A DNA stretch of 64,000 nucleotides from assembly GCF_044324785.1 (NCBI RefSeq), contig NZ_CP172127.1. The stretch is one strand, 5' to 3'. Position numbers and translations under genes: made by a program. Position 1 is the first letter of the stretch, and the number at the start of each line of letters is the position of its first letter. Below are positions 50,899-62,369 of this stretch, in pieces. This DNA is from Escherichia coli (lineage in GTDB: Bacteria > Pseudomonadota > Gammaproteobacteria > Enterobacterales > Enterobacteriaceae). The notes beneath the pieces were generated by a model. That model was given only the letters and a program-made list of their open reading frames with translations, was not told the DNA's origin and did no database searches.

Positions 50899-52386
50899 TC
50901 AGGCCTCCAGGCTTATCCAGATGGTTTTCAGTTCGGTGAATTTTTCAAGGGCATGCAGGGATTTGTCGCGACCGTTGCCGCTCTGCTTATAGCCGCCAAA
51001 CGGCACTGTCATATCGCCATCGTTGTAGTTATTGACGAAGACGGAACCGGCTTTCAGGCGGCGACTCATGCGGTGCGCGCGGGAGAGGTCGCGCGTCCAT
51101 ACTGCCGCGCCGAGGCCGTACTGGCTGTCGTTAGCAAGCTGAAGCGCCTGATCTTCTGATGTGAAACGCGTGACCACCAACACCGGGCCGAAAATCTCTT
51201 CGCGGCTTAAGGACGCATTCGGGTCTACATCCACAAAGATGGTCGGGCCGATGGCGGCAGCCAGCTCGGCGTTACGGCCATCCAGCAGCAGTTGCCCTTT
51301 GCCTTCGCCTTCACGAATAAAGCTATGCACCGAGTCGGCGTGGGCGCAGTCGATTAAGGTGCCCATGGTGGTTGCGGGATCAAGTGGATGGCCCGGCTGC
51401 CAGTTTTGCGCCTGCTGTTTTAACAGGGCTAAGAATTCATCGGCGATGCTCTCTTCCAGCAACAAACGCGTTCCGGCGATGCACACCTGGCCCTGGTTGT
51501 AGAAAATGCCTGCGGCGGTGGCGCTTGCCGCCTGTTGCAAATTCGGGCAGTCGGCGAAAACGATGTTGGCGCTTTTGCCGCCCGCCTCCAGCCAGACGCG
51601 TTTCATGTTGCTGTCGCCCGCGTCCTTCAGCAGCTGTTTCCCGGTGCGGGTTGAGCCAGTAAAGGCAATGGCATCGATATCGTTATGGCGCGAAAGCGCC
51701 TGCCCGGCTTCATGACCAAAACCCGTCACCACGTTCAACACACCATCCGGCAGCCCCGCGTCTTTCGCCAGCCCCGCGAGACGAATCGCACTGAGCGGTG
51801 ATTTTTCAGACGGTTTTAGAATCACGCTGTTTCCCGCCGCCAGCGCCGGGCCGAGTTTCCAGCAAGTCAGCAGCAGCGGGAAGTTCCACGGCACGATGGC
51901 GGCAATCACGCCGACCGGTTCACGCACGATCATCGCCAGCTCATGGCTACTGGTGGTCGCCACTTCGCCATACACTTTGTCGATCGCTTCGGCGTACCAG
52001 CGAATGGCGCGCGCCGCGCCGGGAATATCATCACGCAGGCTGTGACGAATCGGTTTACCGGTGTCGAGCGTTTCCAGCAGTGCCAGCTCTTCGGCGTTGG
52101 CTTCCATTAAATCGGCGAGTTTATTCAGTACCGCTTTACGTTTAGCCGGAGAAGAGAGTGACCAGTCGCCGCGTTCAAATACGCCGCGTGCTGCGCTCAC
52201 CGCACGGTCGATATCGACGCTCTTGCCGCGGGCAATTTTCGCCAGCGGTGCCTGGGTGACCGGATCAACGGTTTCAAAAGTTTCATTTTCCGCCGCAGCA
52301 GTATATTCACCGTTAATAAATAAGCGGGTTTCAATGGCGAGACTTAACGCTTTATCCTGCCAGTAAGCCAGATGATGAAAATTCAT
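50899..52386 (-). CDS. puuC: Gamma-glutamyl-gamma-aminobutyraldehyde dehydrogenase PuuC
   Basis: The ATG at 52386 gives MNFHHLAYWQDKALSLAIETRLFINGEYTAAAENETFETV... and 495 aa. Aldehyde dehydrogenase motifs are present (EAGGKS, GQVCIAG). A few substitutions relative to remembered K-12 PuuC. Confidence 0.94.
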   Translation of the reverse strand: MNFHHLAYWQDKALSLAIETRLFINGEYTAAAENETFETVDPVTQAPLAKIARGKSVDIDRAVSAARGVFERGDWSLSSPAKRKAVLNKLADLMEANAEELALLETLDTGKPIRHSLRDDIPGAARAIRWYAEAIDKVYGEVATTSSHELAMIVREPVGVIAAIVPWNFPLLLTCWKLGPALAAGNSVILKPSEKSPLSAIRLAGLAKDAGLPDGVLNVVTGFGHEAGQALSRHNDIDAIAFTGSTRTGKQLLKDAGDSNMKRVWLEAGGKSANIVFADCPNLQQAASATAAGIFYNQGQVCIAGTRLLLEESIADEFLALLKQQAQNWQPGHPLDPATTMGTLIDCAHADSVHSFIREGEGKGQLLLDGRNAELAAAIGPTIFVDVDPNASLSREEIFGPVLVVTRFTSEDQALQLANDSQYGLGAAVWTRDLSRAHRMSRRLKAGSVFVNNYNDGDMTVPFGGYKQSGNGRDKSLHALEKFTELKTIWISLEA

Positions 52387-52494
52387 TATGACTCCTGTTT
52401 CACGTCTATCAGATATATGCAGTTTGTGAACGTCAGGGCGCAGAGATCCCCGGGCCGTATGCCCGTTTATTTCTGGCGACATTCTTTATAGATT

Positions 52495-52522
52495 GCCGGG
52501 CGCATTGCGCTTACCCGGCTTA
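52495..52522. repeat. REP-like palindromic unit between puuR and puuC
   Basis: GCCGGGCGCATTGCGCTTACCCGGCTTA. Confidence 0.6.
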
Positions 52523-52535
52523 CAGAACAAAAAGA

Positions 52536-53093
52536 TTAAAACGTGGTGGGCGTATGGGCGCTGATAATTCGGCAAATACCTGCCGACGTATTACTGAAAC
52601 TGTGCGGGATGCCGGTATTAATGGCATAACTTTGCCCCGCGACGAGGTGGTAATCCTGACCATTAATCGTCAGAACAATTTCACCTTCCAGTACAGTGCC
52701 TATTTCCTCACCCTGATGCTTAATTCTTTCCCCAGTGGTTGTGCCCGGCTGGTAAGTTTCAAAGATCATCGCCAGCGTGCGATTCGGGTTACCGTTATGA
52801 ACCAGCTTCATTGACACACCCTGACTGCCCATCTCAATTAAGTCGTCCTGATTAATGACGACCTGCGGCTCATCAGGTTTTTCCGGCTCGGAAAAGAATT
52901 CCGAGAGTGACAGACCATACACCTTCAGCAGCTTTTGCAGCGTACTTATGGCAGGGCTGACTTTATCTTGTTCTATCGTACTGATAGCACTGTGAGTCAG
53001 CCCGGAGAGTTCGGCGGCACGACGTTGTGAAAGCCCCTGCTGCTGGCGGATTTCCGACAAGCGTTTTCCTGGCGCCAGTCCCTCATCACTCAT
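52536..53093 (-). CDS. puuR: Putrescine-utilisation repressor PuuR (XRE HTH + cupin)
   Basis: 185-aa ORF MSDEGLAPGKRLSEIRQQQGLSQRRAAELSGLTHSAISTIEQDKVSP.... Confidence 0.95.
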   Translation of the reverse strand: MSDEGLAPGKRLSEIRQQQGLSQRRAAELSGLTHSAISTIEQDKVSPAISTLQKLLKVYGLSLSEFFSEPEKPDEPQVVINQDDLIEMGSQGVSMKLVHNGNPNRTLAMIFETYQPGTTTGERIKHQGEEIGTVLEGEIVLTINGQDYHLVAGQSYAINTGIPHSFSNTSAGICRIISAHTPTTF

Positions 53094-53119
53094 ATTTGCA
53101 TTTCCTTAAACTGTAGTGG

Positions 53120-53884
53120 TCAGAGTCGCTGTTTTTCAGCGATATGGTGCTGACAAGCGGTGATAAAGCCCTCGAACAATATACGCGAAAGCGCGTACTC
53201 GCTACTGTTCCATTCCGGGTGCCACTGTACGCCCAGCGCAAAAGGATGATTGATGACGCTAACCGCCTCAACTAAGCCATCCGGCGAGCGAGCTTCAACA
53301 CGCAACCGTGGGCTAACGACCTTCGCCCCTTGTCCATGCAGAGAGTTTACCCAAAAGTTGCTACATTCAGGTAACAACGCAGACAGTAATCCCCCCTCTT
53401 CAACCAGAACTTCATGCGACGGCGCATATTGCTGCTCCACCGGCAGTTCGGGATCTTCCCGATGTTCCAGCAATTCAGGCTGTTCGCACAGCTTGCGATG
53501 CAACGAACCACCGGTTGCCACCACCAGTTCCTGTAAACCCCGGCAGATGGCGAAAATGGGGATGCGCCTTTCGAGTGCGGCATTAATTAACGCCATGCTC
53601 AGAAGATCACGCCCAGGATCGGCGTCAGGCTCATCGCCGTTTTCACCATATAGGTGCGGCTGCACATTGCTGGGACTACCAGGAAGATAAATACCATCGA
53701 GTTTCGGCAAAAGTTGTTCAAGTAATGACGGTTCCGCCAGCGCATGTGGCAGCGCAATTGGCAAGCCGCCTGCGTGGATGATGGCATTCAGGTACTTTTC
53801 TTGCAGAGTCTGGGTCGCATGACCCTTAAGCCTGTTCCTGCACATTACGACACCGATAACCGGATTGTTCATTATATTTTCCAT
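53120..53884 (-). CDS. puuD: Gamma-glutamyl-GABA hydrolase PuuD (class I glutamine amidotransferase-like)
   Basis: The ATG at 53884 gives MENIMNNPVIGVVMCRNRLKGHATQTLQEKYLNAII... and 254 aa. The nucleophile Cys context is FAICRGLQ. Confidence 0.94.
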   Translation of the reverse strand: MENIMNNPVIGVVMCRNRLKGHATQTLQEKYLNAIIHAGGLPIALPHALAEPSLLEQLLPKLDGIYLPGSPSNVQPHLYGENGDEPDADPGRDLLSMALINAALERRIPIFAICRGLQELVVATGGSLHRKLCEQPELLEHREDPELPVEQQYAPSHEVLVEEGGLLSALLPECSNFWVNSLHGQGAKVVSPRLRVEARSPDGLVEAVSVINHPFALGVQWHPEWNSSEYALSRILFEGFITACQHHIAEKQRL

Positions 53885-54037
53885 GCTCAATCTCACAAAG
53901 TGGACTAAATTATCGCCATTACTGCGCTTTAAATGACCTTTATGTTCAATATTTTTTCAATCTAGCAGTGGGTTTTCATTTTTGCAAACTCAATTTAACA
54001 TTTGACAAACATTTAGTTTGCATACAGATTCGAATGG

Positions 54038-54052
54038 TGGTCATTATATTTT
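54038..54052. promoter_or_regulatory. Candidate PuuR operator in the puuD/puuA divergent region
   Basis: TGGTCATTATATTTT, whose reverse complement is AAAATATAATGACCA. This resembles the about 15-bp PuuR recognition sequence as I recall it (AAAATATAATGAACA). A weaker copy, TGTTCAATATTTTTT, is at 53943-53957. The consensus is from memory, so confidence is modest. Confidence 0.35.
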
Positions 54053-54095
54053 ACGCTTTGATAACGAGCGGAAAACAAACCAAAGGCGAAGAATC

Positions 54096-55514
54096 ATGGA
54101 AACCAATATCGTTGAAGTAGAGAACTTTGTTCAGCAGTCAGAAGAGAGGCGGGGTAGCGCCTTTACGCAGGAAGTGAAACGCTACCTGGAGCGCTACCCG
54201 AATACGCAATATGTTGATGTTTTACTTACCGATTTAAATGGTTGCTTCCGTGGAAAACGTATTCCTGTTTCAAGCCTGAAGAAGCTCGAGAAAGGGTGTT
54301 ATTTCCCGGCCTCGGTATTTGCAATGGATATTCTGGGCAACGTAGTAGAAGAAGCGGGTCTGGGTCAGGAAATGGGCGAACCGGATCGTACCTGTGTTCC
54401 TGTTCTCGGTTCCTTAACCCCTTCTGCCGCCGATCCAGAGTTTATCGGTCAGATGCTCCTGACCATGGTCGATGAAGATGGCGCTCCCTTTGACGTTGAG
54501 CCGCGGAACGTTCTTAACCGCCTGTGGCAGCAGCTGCGCCAGCGCGGATTGTTCCCGGTCGTAGCGGTAGAGCTGGAGTTCTATTTACTGGATCGCCAGC
54601 GCGACGCTGAAGGGTATCTGCAACCGCCCTGCGCGCCTGGCACCGATGACCGCAATACACAAAGCCAGGTTTACTCCGTTGATAACCTCAACCACTTCGC
54701 CGACGTGCTCAATGATATTGATGAGCTGGCGCAGTTACAGCTGATTCCGGCAGATGGCGCGGTCGCCGAGGCCTCGCCAGGTCAGTTTGAAATCAATCTT
54801 TACCATACCGATAACGTGCTGGAAGCTTGCGATGATGCGCTGGCACTAAAACGCCTGGTGCGTCTGATGGCAGAAAAGCATAAGATGCACGCCACTTTTA
54901 TGGCGAAGCCGTATGAAGAGCACGCGGGCAGCGGGATGCATATCCATATCAGTATGCAAAATAATCGTGGCGAGAACGTGCTTTCTGACGCGGAAGGCGA
55001 AGATTCGCCGCTGCTGAAAAAGATGCTCGCCGGGATGATTGACCTGATGCCGTCATCAATGGCGTTGCTGGCACCAAACGTGAACTCGTATCGCCGCTTC
55101 CAGCCGGGAATGTATGTGCCGACGCAGGCGTCGTGGGGCCATAACAACCGCACCGTTGCCCTGCGTATTCCGTGCGGCGATCGTCATAATCACCGCGTGG
55201 AATATCGCGTGGCGGGTGCCGATGCCAACCCATATCTGGTGATGGCAGCGATTTTTGCCGGTATTTTGCATGGCCTTGATAACGAGCTGCCGTTGCAGGA
55301 AGAAGTCGAAGGCAACGGGCTGGAACAGGAAGGCTTACCCTTCCCGATTCGCCAGAGCGATGCCCTGGGTGAGTTTATCGAGAATGATCACCTGCGCCGC
55401 TATTTAGGCGAACGCTTCTGCCATGTCTATCACGCCTGTAAAAATGATGAGCTGTTGCAGTTTGAGCGCCTCATCACAGAAACAGAAATTGAGTGGATGT
55501 TGAAAAACGCGTAA
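54096..55514 (+). CDS. puuA: Glutamate-putrescine ligase PuuA (glutamine synthetase family)
   Basis: The ATG at 54096 gives METNIVEVENFVQQSEERRGSAFTQEVKRYLERYPNTQYVDVLL... and 472 aa. Confidence 0.95.
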   Translation: METNIVEVENFVQQSEERRGSAFTQEVKRYLERYPNTQYVDVLLTDLNGCFRGKRIPVSSLKKLEKGCYFPASVFAMDILGNVVEEAGLGQEMGEPDRTCVPVLGSLTPSAADPEFIGQMLLTMVDEDGAPFDVEPRNVLNRLWQQLRQRGLFPVVAVELEFYLLDRQRDAEGYLQPPCAPGTDDRNTQSQVYSVDNLNHFADVLNDIDELAQLQLIPADGAVAEASPGQFEINLYHTDNVLEACDDALALKRLVRLMAEKHKMHATFMAKPYEEHAGSGMHIHISMQNNRGENVLSDAEGEDSPLLKKMLAGMIDLMPSSMALLAPNVNSYRRFQPGMYVPTQASWGHNNRTVALRIPCGDRHNHRVEYRVAGADANPYLVMAAIFAGILHGLDNELPLQEEVEGNGLEQEGLPFPIRQSDALGEFIENDHLRRYLGERFCHVYHACKNDELLQFERLITETEIEWMLKNA

Positions 55515-55816
55515 TACCCCTTGCGGGGTTGTTTCATCGGCCTGAGCGGAGCCAGGCCTGACATTTGCTGGTAATCCAGACATTTTCCGGATGTCGCGTT
55601 ATGGAGCGCAGGCGGCAACGGGCTTCCGTTAACGATTAAGACTGTGACGAGGAAATGAGATGATGCCGATGATTAAATCCCCGCATGGCGAGGGAGGCTG
55701 CGTATGCGCCCCTCCTGCGACTGACTGGACTCCGCCCCCTTTGCTTCCCTTGCTAAACAGGTTTGATTTCAGGTCGACACGACCGCAAACCTTATTACGC
55801 AGGGGAGGCAGCAATT

Positions 55817-57202
55817 ATGGCTATTAATTCACCACTGAATATTGCTGCGCAACCCGGCAAAACCCGTCTGCGAAAATCACTGAAATTGTGGCAGGTGGTG
55901 ATGATGGGTCTGGCCTATCTCACGCCGATGACTGTGTTCGATACCTTTGGTATTGTCTCCGGCATTAGCGACGGTCACGTTCCGGCGTCCTATTTGCTGG
56001 CGCTGGCGGGCGTGCTGTTTACCGCTATCAGCTACGGCAAACTGGTTCGCCAGTTTCCGGAAGCCGGTTCGGCCTATACCTACGCGCAAAAGTCGATTAA
56101 CCCGCACGTCGGATTTATGGTCGGCTGGTCATCGCTGCTGGATTATCTCTTTTTGCCGATGATCAACGTCTTGTTGGCGAAAATCTATCTCTCCGCCCTC
56201 TTCCCGGAAGTGCCGCCGTGGGTGTGGGTGGTAACCTTCGTCGCCATTTTAACCGCCGCGAATCTGAAGAGCGTCAACCTGGTCGCAAACTTCAATACCC
56301 TGTTTGTACTGGTGCAAATCTCCATCATGGTGGTGTTTATCTTCCTGGTGGTTCAGGGACTGCATAAAGGAGAAGGCGTTGGCACCGTCTGGTCACTTCA
56401 GCCGTTTATCAGCGAGAACGCGCACCTGATCCCGATTATTACCGGGGCGACGATTGTCTGTTTCTCCTTCCTCGGTTTCGATGCGGTGACCACGCTTTCG
56501 GAAGAGACGCCGGACGCCGCACGCGTGATCCCTAAAGCCATCTTCCTGACGGCGGTATACGGCGGCGTTATCTTTATCGCTGCGTCGTTCTTTATGCAGC
56601 TGTTCTTTCCCGATATCAGCCGCTTTAAAGACCCGGACGCCGCACTGCCTGAAATTGCGCTGTACGTCGGCGGCAAGCTCTTCCAGTCGATTTTCCTCTG
56701 CACCACGTTTGTGAACACGTTAGCGTCTGGCCTGGCTTCACATGCCAGCGTGTCGCGTCTGCTGTATGTGATGGGGCGTGACAATGTGTTTCCGGAGCGC
56801 GTGTTTGGCTATGTGCACCCGAAATGGCGCACGCCAGCGCTGAACGTCATTATGGTCGGGATTGTTGCGCTGTCGGCGCTGTTCTTTGATTTAGTCACCG
56901 CGACAGCATTGATTAACTTCGGTGCTCTGGTGGCATTTACCTTCGTAAATCTGTCGGTGTTTAATCATTTCTGGCGGCGTAAAGGAATGAATAAAAGCTG
57001 GAAGGATCACTTCCACTATTTGCTGATGCCGCTGGTTGGCGCGCTGACGGTGGGTGTGCTGTGGGTTAACCTCGAGTCAACGTCACTGACACTCGGTTTG
57101 GTATGGGCTTCATTAGGCGGCGCATATTTGTGGTATCTGATCCGCCGCTATCGCAAAGTGCCGTTGTATGATGGTGACAGAACGCCGGTGAGCGAAACGT
57201 AA
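55817..57202 (+). CDS. puuP: Putrescine importer PuuP (APC family)
   Basis: The ATG at 55817, preceded by GGGGAGG, gives [41 protein letters not shown]... and 461 aa. Confidence 0.94.
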
Positions 57203-57335
57203 TAGTCGGATGCGCGGCGCATTATCCTGCCTGAGGGTAATGCACCGCGCCATTAACTATAAAAAGATGTATGACCCGGATCACGAGTGCTATCATCCGC
57301 CCTTATGCTTAGCGCATTAACCCCAGGGGCAAACA

Positions 57336-57581
57336 ATGAACCACGATATCCCGCTAAAATATTTTGATATTGCCGATGAGTACGCGACCGAATGCGCAGA
57401 GCCTGTCGCAGACGCTGAACGCACACCGCTGGCCCACTACTTCCAGTTACTGCTCACCCGTTTGATGAACAATGAAGAAATCAGCGAAGAAGCCCAACAT
57501 GAAATGGCTGCTGAAGCGGGGATTAATCCCGTACGCATTGATGAGATCGCAGAGTTTTTGAATCAATGGGGTAATGAGTAA
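57336..57581 (+). CDS. ymjA: DUF2543 protein YmjA
   Basis: 81-aa [57 protein letters not shown].... Confidence 0.85.
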   Translation: MNHDIPLKYFDIADEYATECAEPVADAERTPLAHYFQLLLTRLMNNEEISEEAQHEMAAEAGINPVRIDEIAEFLNQWGNE

Positions 57582-57614
57582 TTATTTCATTGCAGACGCT
57601 CGGTCAGTATCGTT

Positions 57615-57645
57615 GCCCGGATAAAGCGTTCACGCCGCATCCGGC
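57615..57645. repeat. REP palindromic unit between ymjA and sapA
   Basis: GCCCGGATAAAGCGTTCACGCCGCATCCGGC. Confidence 0.7.
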
Positions 57646-57893
57646 TAAAAATGACACGCACTGCAGCGTGCCTTAATGGGTTTCTCACGATCGTACCGCT
57701 CTGCTCCTCGCTAAGTTGTTCTGTGAGTTATAGTTATAGAGAAATCACGGGTACGAATGTTGAACAGATGGCGACGTCACCTGTTCAACGACCAACCACA
57801 CGGCCCTCATTAAGACCCCTGAACACAAACGGTAATGGCAAATGTCATTAAATATTAGTAAGATAGCCTCTTTACATAAAATCCCTTAATATT

Positions 57894-59537
57894 ATGCGCC
57901 AGGTATTATCGTCTCTTTTGGTGATTGCTGGACTTGTGAGTGGTCAGGCAATCGCCGCGCCTGAATCCCCCCCGCATGCTGATATCCGCGACAGCGGTTT
58001 TGTCTATTGCGTTAGCGGGCAAGTCAACACCTTTAACCCATCCAAAGCGAGCAGTGGGTTAATTGTCGATACCCTTGCCGCCCAGTTTTATGATCGACTG
58101 CTGGATGTCGATCCCTATACCTATCGCCTGATGCCGGAACTTGCCGAAAGCTGGGAAGTTCTCGACAACGGCGCGACCTATCGCTTCCACCTGCGTCGCG
58201 ATGTTCCGTTTCAAAAAACCGACTGGTTTACTCCCACTCGTAAAATGAATGCCGACGATGTGGTGTTTACCTTCCAGCGAATTTTTGACCGCAACAACCC
58301 GTGGCATAACGTCAACGGCAGCAACTTCCCCTACTTCGACAGCCTGCAATTTGCCGATAACGTGAAAAGCGTCCGCAAACTGGATAATCATACGGTTGAG
58401 TTCCGACTCGCCCAGCCGGATGCTTCTTTTTTGTGGCACCTGGCGACCCATTATGCATCGGTCATGTCGGCAGAATATGCCGGGAAGTTAGAGAAAGAAG
58501 ATCGCCAGGAACAACTCGACCGTCAACCGGTTGGCACCGGTCCGTATCAGTTGTCGGAATACCGCGCCGGGCAATTTATTCGCTTACAACGTCATGATGA
58601 TTTCTGGCGTGGTAAGCCGTTGATGCCACAAGTGGTGGTGGATTTAGGCTCTGGCGGTACAGGACGATTGTCGAAACTCCTGACCGGGGAGTGCGACGTT
58701 CTGGCCTGGCCTGCTGCCAGTCAGCTATCCATTTTGCGTGACGACCCACGCTTGCGTTTAACGCTGCGTCCTGGGATGAACGTCGCCTATCTGGCATTTA
58801 ACACCGCCAAGCCGCCGCTAAATAATCCCGCTGTCCGCCATGCGCTGGCACTGGCGATCAATAACCAGCGTCTGATGCAATCCATCTATTATGGTACGGC
58901 TGAAACGGCAGCCTCTATTTTACCGCGCGCCTCGTGGGCCTATGACAACGAGGCTAAAATTACTGAATACAATCCGGCGAAATCGCGCGAACAGTTGAAG
59001 GCGTTGGGGCTGGAAAACTTAACGCTGAAACTGTGGGTGCCAACACGTTCGCAGGCGTGGAACCCCAGTCCACTGAAAACCGCCGAACTGATTCAGGCGG
59101 ATATGGCACAGGTTGGCGTAAAAGTGGTGATTGTGCCGGTAGAAGGTCGCTTTCAGGAGGCGCGGTTGATGGATATGAGCCATGATCTGACGTTATCCGG
59201 TTGGGCGACTGACAGTAACGACCCGGACAGTTTCTTCCGTCCGTTACTGAGCTGCGCAGCAATTCATTCGCAGACCAACCTCGCCCACTGGTGCGATCCG
59301 AAATTCGACAGCGTGTTGCGTAAGGCGCTCTCCTCGCAGCAGCTGGCGGCGCGTATTGAAGCCTATGACGAAGCGCAAAGTATTCTGGCGCAGGAATTAC
59401 CTATTCTGCCGCTGGCGTCGTCATTGCGTTTGCAGGCCTATCGGTACGATATCAAAGGTCTGGTACTTAGTCCGTTTGGTAACGCCTCCTTTGCTGGGGT
59501 GTATCGCGAGAAACAGGATGAGGTGAAAAAACCATGA
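57894..59537 (+). CDS. sapA: Periplasmic substrate-binding protein SapA (family 5 SBP)
   Basis: 547-aa [52 protein letters not shown]... with a signal peptide. Confidence 0.94.
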   Translation: MRQVLSSLLVIAGLVSGQAIAAPESPPHADIRDSGFVYCVSGQVNTFNPSKASSGLIVDTLAAQFYDRLLDVDPYTYRLMPELAESWEVLDNGATYRFHLRRDVPFQKTDWFTPTRKMNADDVVFTFQRIFDRNNPWHNVNGSNFPYFDSLQFADNVKSVRKLDNHTVEFRLAQPDASFLWHLATHYASVMSAEYAGKLEKEDRQEQLDRQPVGTGPYQLSEYRAGQFIRLQRHDDFWRGKPLMPQVVVDLGSGGTGRLSKLLTGECDVLAWPAASQLSILRDDPRLRLTLRPGMNVAYLAFNTAKPPLNNPAVRHALALAINNQRLMQSIYYGTAETAASILPRASWAYDNEAKITEYNPAKSREQLKALGLENLTLKLWVPTRSQAWNPSPLKTAELIQADMAQVGVKVVIVPVEGRFQEARLMDMSHDLTLSGWATDSNDPDSFFRPLLSCAAIHSQTNLAHWCDPKFDSVLRKALSSQQLAARIEAYDEAQSILAQELPILPLASSLRLQAYRYDIKGLVLSPFGNASFAGVYREKQDEVKKP

Positions 59538-60499
59538 TTATCTTCACCTTACGCCGCATTTTGTTATTGATTGTCACCTTGTTCCTGCTGACCTTCGTTG
59601 GCTTCAGTTTGAGCTATTTCACTCCACACGCGCCGTTACAAGGCGCGTCACTGTGGAATGCCTGGGTGTTCTGGTTTAATGGCCTGATCCACTGGGATTT
59701 TGGTGTTTCCAGCATTAACGGTCAACCAATTGCCGAACAGTTAAAAGAGGTCTTCCCGGCGACGATGGAACTGTGCATCCTCGCCTTCGGTTTTGCGCTG
59801 ATTGTTGGCATCCCCGTGGGGATGATTGCCGGGATTACGCGCCATAAGTGGCAGGATAACTTGATCAACGCCATCGCCTTACTGGGCTTTTCAATCCCGG
59901 TGTTCTGGCTGGCGCTTCTGTTGACGCTGTTTTGTTCACTCACGCTAGGTTGGTTGCCCGTTTCAGGGCGTTTCGATCTGCTCTACGAAGTGAAACCGAT
60001 TACCGGTTTTGCGTTGATTGATGCCTGGCTTTCGGACTCACCATGGCGGGATGAAATGGTCATGAGCGCAATCCGCCATATGATATTGCCCGTGATCACC
60101 CTGTCGGTTGCGCCAACAACTGAAGTGATCCGACTGATGCGTATCAGCACTATCGAAGTGTATGACCAGAACTATGTTAAAGCAGCGGCGACCCGCGGTT
60201 TGTCGCGCTTTACTATTTTGCGTCGCCACGTTCTGCATAACGCGTTACCTCCGGTTATTCCTCGCCTGGGCTTACAGTTTTCTACCATGCTGACGCTGGC
60301 GATGATCACCGAAATGGTTTTTAGCTGGCCGGGTTTAGGCCGCTGGTTAATTAACGCTATCCGCCAGCAGGATTACGCAGCCATTTCCGCCGGAGTGATG
60401 GTGTGTGGCTCACTGGTCATTATTGTTAACGTGATTTCTGATATTTTGGGTGCCATGGCTAACCCTCTGAAACATAAGGAATGGTATGCCTTACGATAG
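59534..60499 (+). CDS. sapB: ABC permease SapB
   Basis: 321-aa polytopic ORF. Its start overlaps the sapA stop by 4 nt. Confidence 0.94.
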
Positions 60500-61376
60500 C
60501 GTATACAGCGAAAAGCGCCCGCCGGGCACGCTGCGTACCGCCTGGCGCAAATTTTATAGTGATGCCTCTGCGATGGTCGGCCTGTACGGCTGCGCGGGGC
60601 TGGCTGTACTGTGTATTTTTGGCGGCTGGTTTGCGCCTTACGGCATCGATCAGCAATTTCTCGGTTATCAATTATTGCCGCCGTCATGGTCGCGCTATGG
60701 CGAAGTTTCTTTCTTCCTGGGGACTGACGACCTCGGACGCGATGTTTTAAGCCGTTTACTGAGCGGAGCTGCGCCAACCGTAGGCGGCGCATTTGTGGTG
60801 ACGCTTGCCGCTACGATCTGTGGCCTGGTACTGGGCACCTTCGCCGGGGCGACGCACGGCCTACGCTCAGCGGTGCTTAACCATATTCTGGATACCTTAC
60901 TGGCGATCCCTTCCCTGCTGCTGGCAATTATCGTTGTAGCGTTTGCCGGACCGAGTTTGTCTCACGCCATGTTTGCCGTCTGGCTGGCGCTACTGCCGCG
61001 TATGGTACGTTCGATTTACAGCATGGTGCATGACGAACTGGAAAAAGAGTACGTCATCGCCGCCCGTCTGGATGGCGCATCAACGCTGAATATTCTCTGG
61101 TTTGCTGTGATGCCAAACATCACCGCCGGGCTGGTCACCGAGATCACCCGCGCACTGTCGATGGCAATTCTCGATATCGCCGCGCTGGGCTTTCTCGATC
61201 TCGGCGCGCAACTCCCCTCGCCTGAATGGGGAGCGATGCTCGGTGATGCGCTGGAACTGATTTATGTCGCCCCGTGGACTGTCATGCTGCCAGGTGCGGC
61301 AATTATGATTAGCGTGCTGTTGGTTAACCTCCTTGGCGACGGTGTCCGTCGTGCAATTATTGCGGGGGTGGAATAA
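60486..61376 (+). CDS. sapC: ABC permease SapC
   Basis: 296-aa polytopic ORF overlapping the sapB end. Confidence 0.94.
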
Positions 61377-62368
61377 TGCCATTACTCGATATTCGTAACC
61401 TGACCATTGAATTTAAAACCGGTGATGAGTGGGTTAAAGCCGTCGACCGCGTAAGTATGACCTTAACCGAAGGTGAAATCCGCGGTCTTGTTGGTGAATC
61501 CGGTTCCGGCAAGAGTTTGATTGCGAAAGCAATTTGTGGGGTGAATAAAGATAACTGGCGTGTTACAGCTGATCGTATGCGTTTTGATGATATCGATTTG
61601 CTGCGTCTCTCCGCACGCGAACGGCGCAAGCTGGTTGGTCACAACGTGTCGATGATTTTCCAGGAACCGCAGTCGTGTCTTGACCCTTCAGAACGTGTGG
61701 GTCGCCAGTTGATGCAAAACATCCCAGCCTGGACCTATAAAGGCCGTTGGTGGCAGCGTTTTGGCTGGCGCAAACGCCGTGCCATTGAACTGCTGCACCG
61801 CGTGGGGATTAAAGATCACAAAGATGCGATGCGCAGTTTTCCCTATGAGTTGACCGAAGGTGAATGTCAGAAAGTGATGATAGCCATTGCACTGGCGAAT
61901 CAACCGCGTCTGCTGATTGCTGACGAACCGACAAACTCAATGGAGCCAACAACCCAGGCGCAAATCTTTCGCCTGCTGACGCGTCTCAACCAAAACAGCA
62001 ATACCACTATTTTGCTTATCAGCCATGACTTACAAATGCTTAGCCAATGGGCGGATAAAATTAACGTGCTTTACTGCGGTCAAACGGTGGAAACCGCGCC
62101 AAGTAAGGAGTTGGTGACAATGCCACATCATCCTTATACCCAGGCGCTGATCCGCGCGATACCAGACTTCGGCAGCGCGATGCCGCATAAAAGTCGCCTC
62201 AATACGCTGCCCGGCGCTATCCCACTGCTGGAACAGTTACCGATTGGGTGTCGTCTGGGGCCGCGTTGCCCGTATGCACAACGAGAATGCATTGTGACGC
62301 CACGTTTGACGGGGGCGAAAAATCATCTCTATGCCTGTCATTTCCCGCTGAACATGGAGAAAGAGTGA
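61376..62368 (+). CDS. sapD: ABC ATPase SapD
   Basis: 330-aa ORF with Walker A GESGSGKS and Walker B LLIADEPT. Confidence 0.95.
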
Positions 62369-62369
62369 G

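Noticed and set aside
55629-55827. Small ORFs in the 302-bp puuA-puuP spacer: plus strand 55660-55827 (55 aa, MMPMIKSPHGEGGCVCAPP...) and minus strand 55629-55814 (61 aa).
   Set aside because: The two ORFs overlap each other on opposite strands. The composition is GC-hairpin-like (GGCCTG...CAGGCC, GGAGG...CCTCC), and the plus-strand ORF runs into the puuP start. I recognise no homolog. It is more likely a structured 5' UTR or terminator region.
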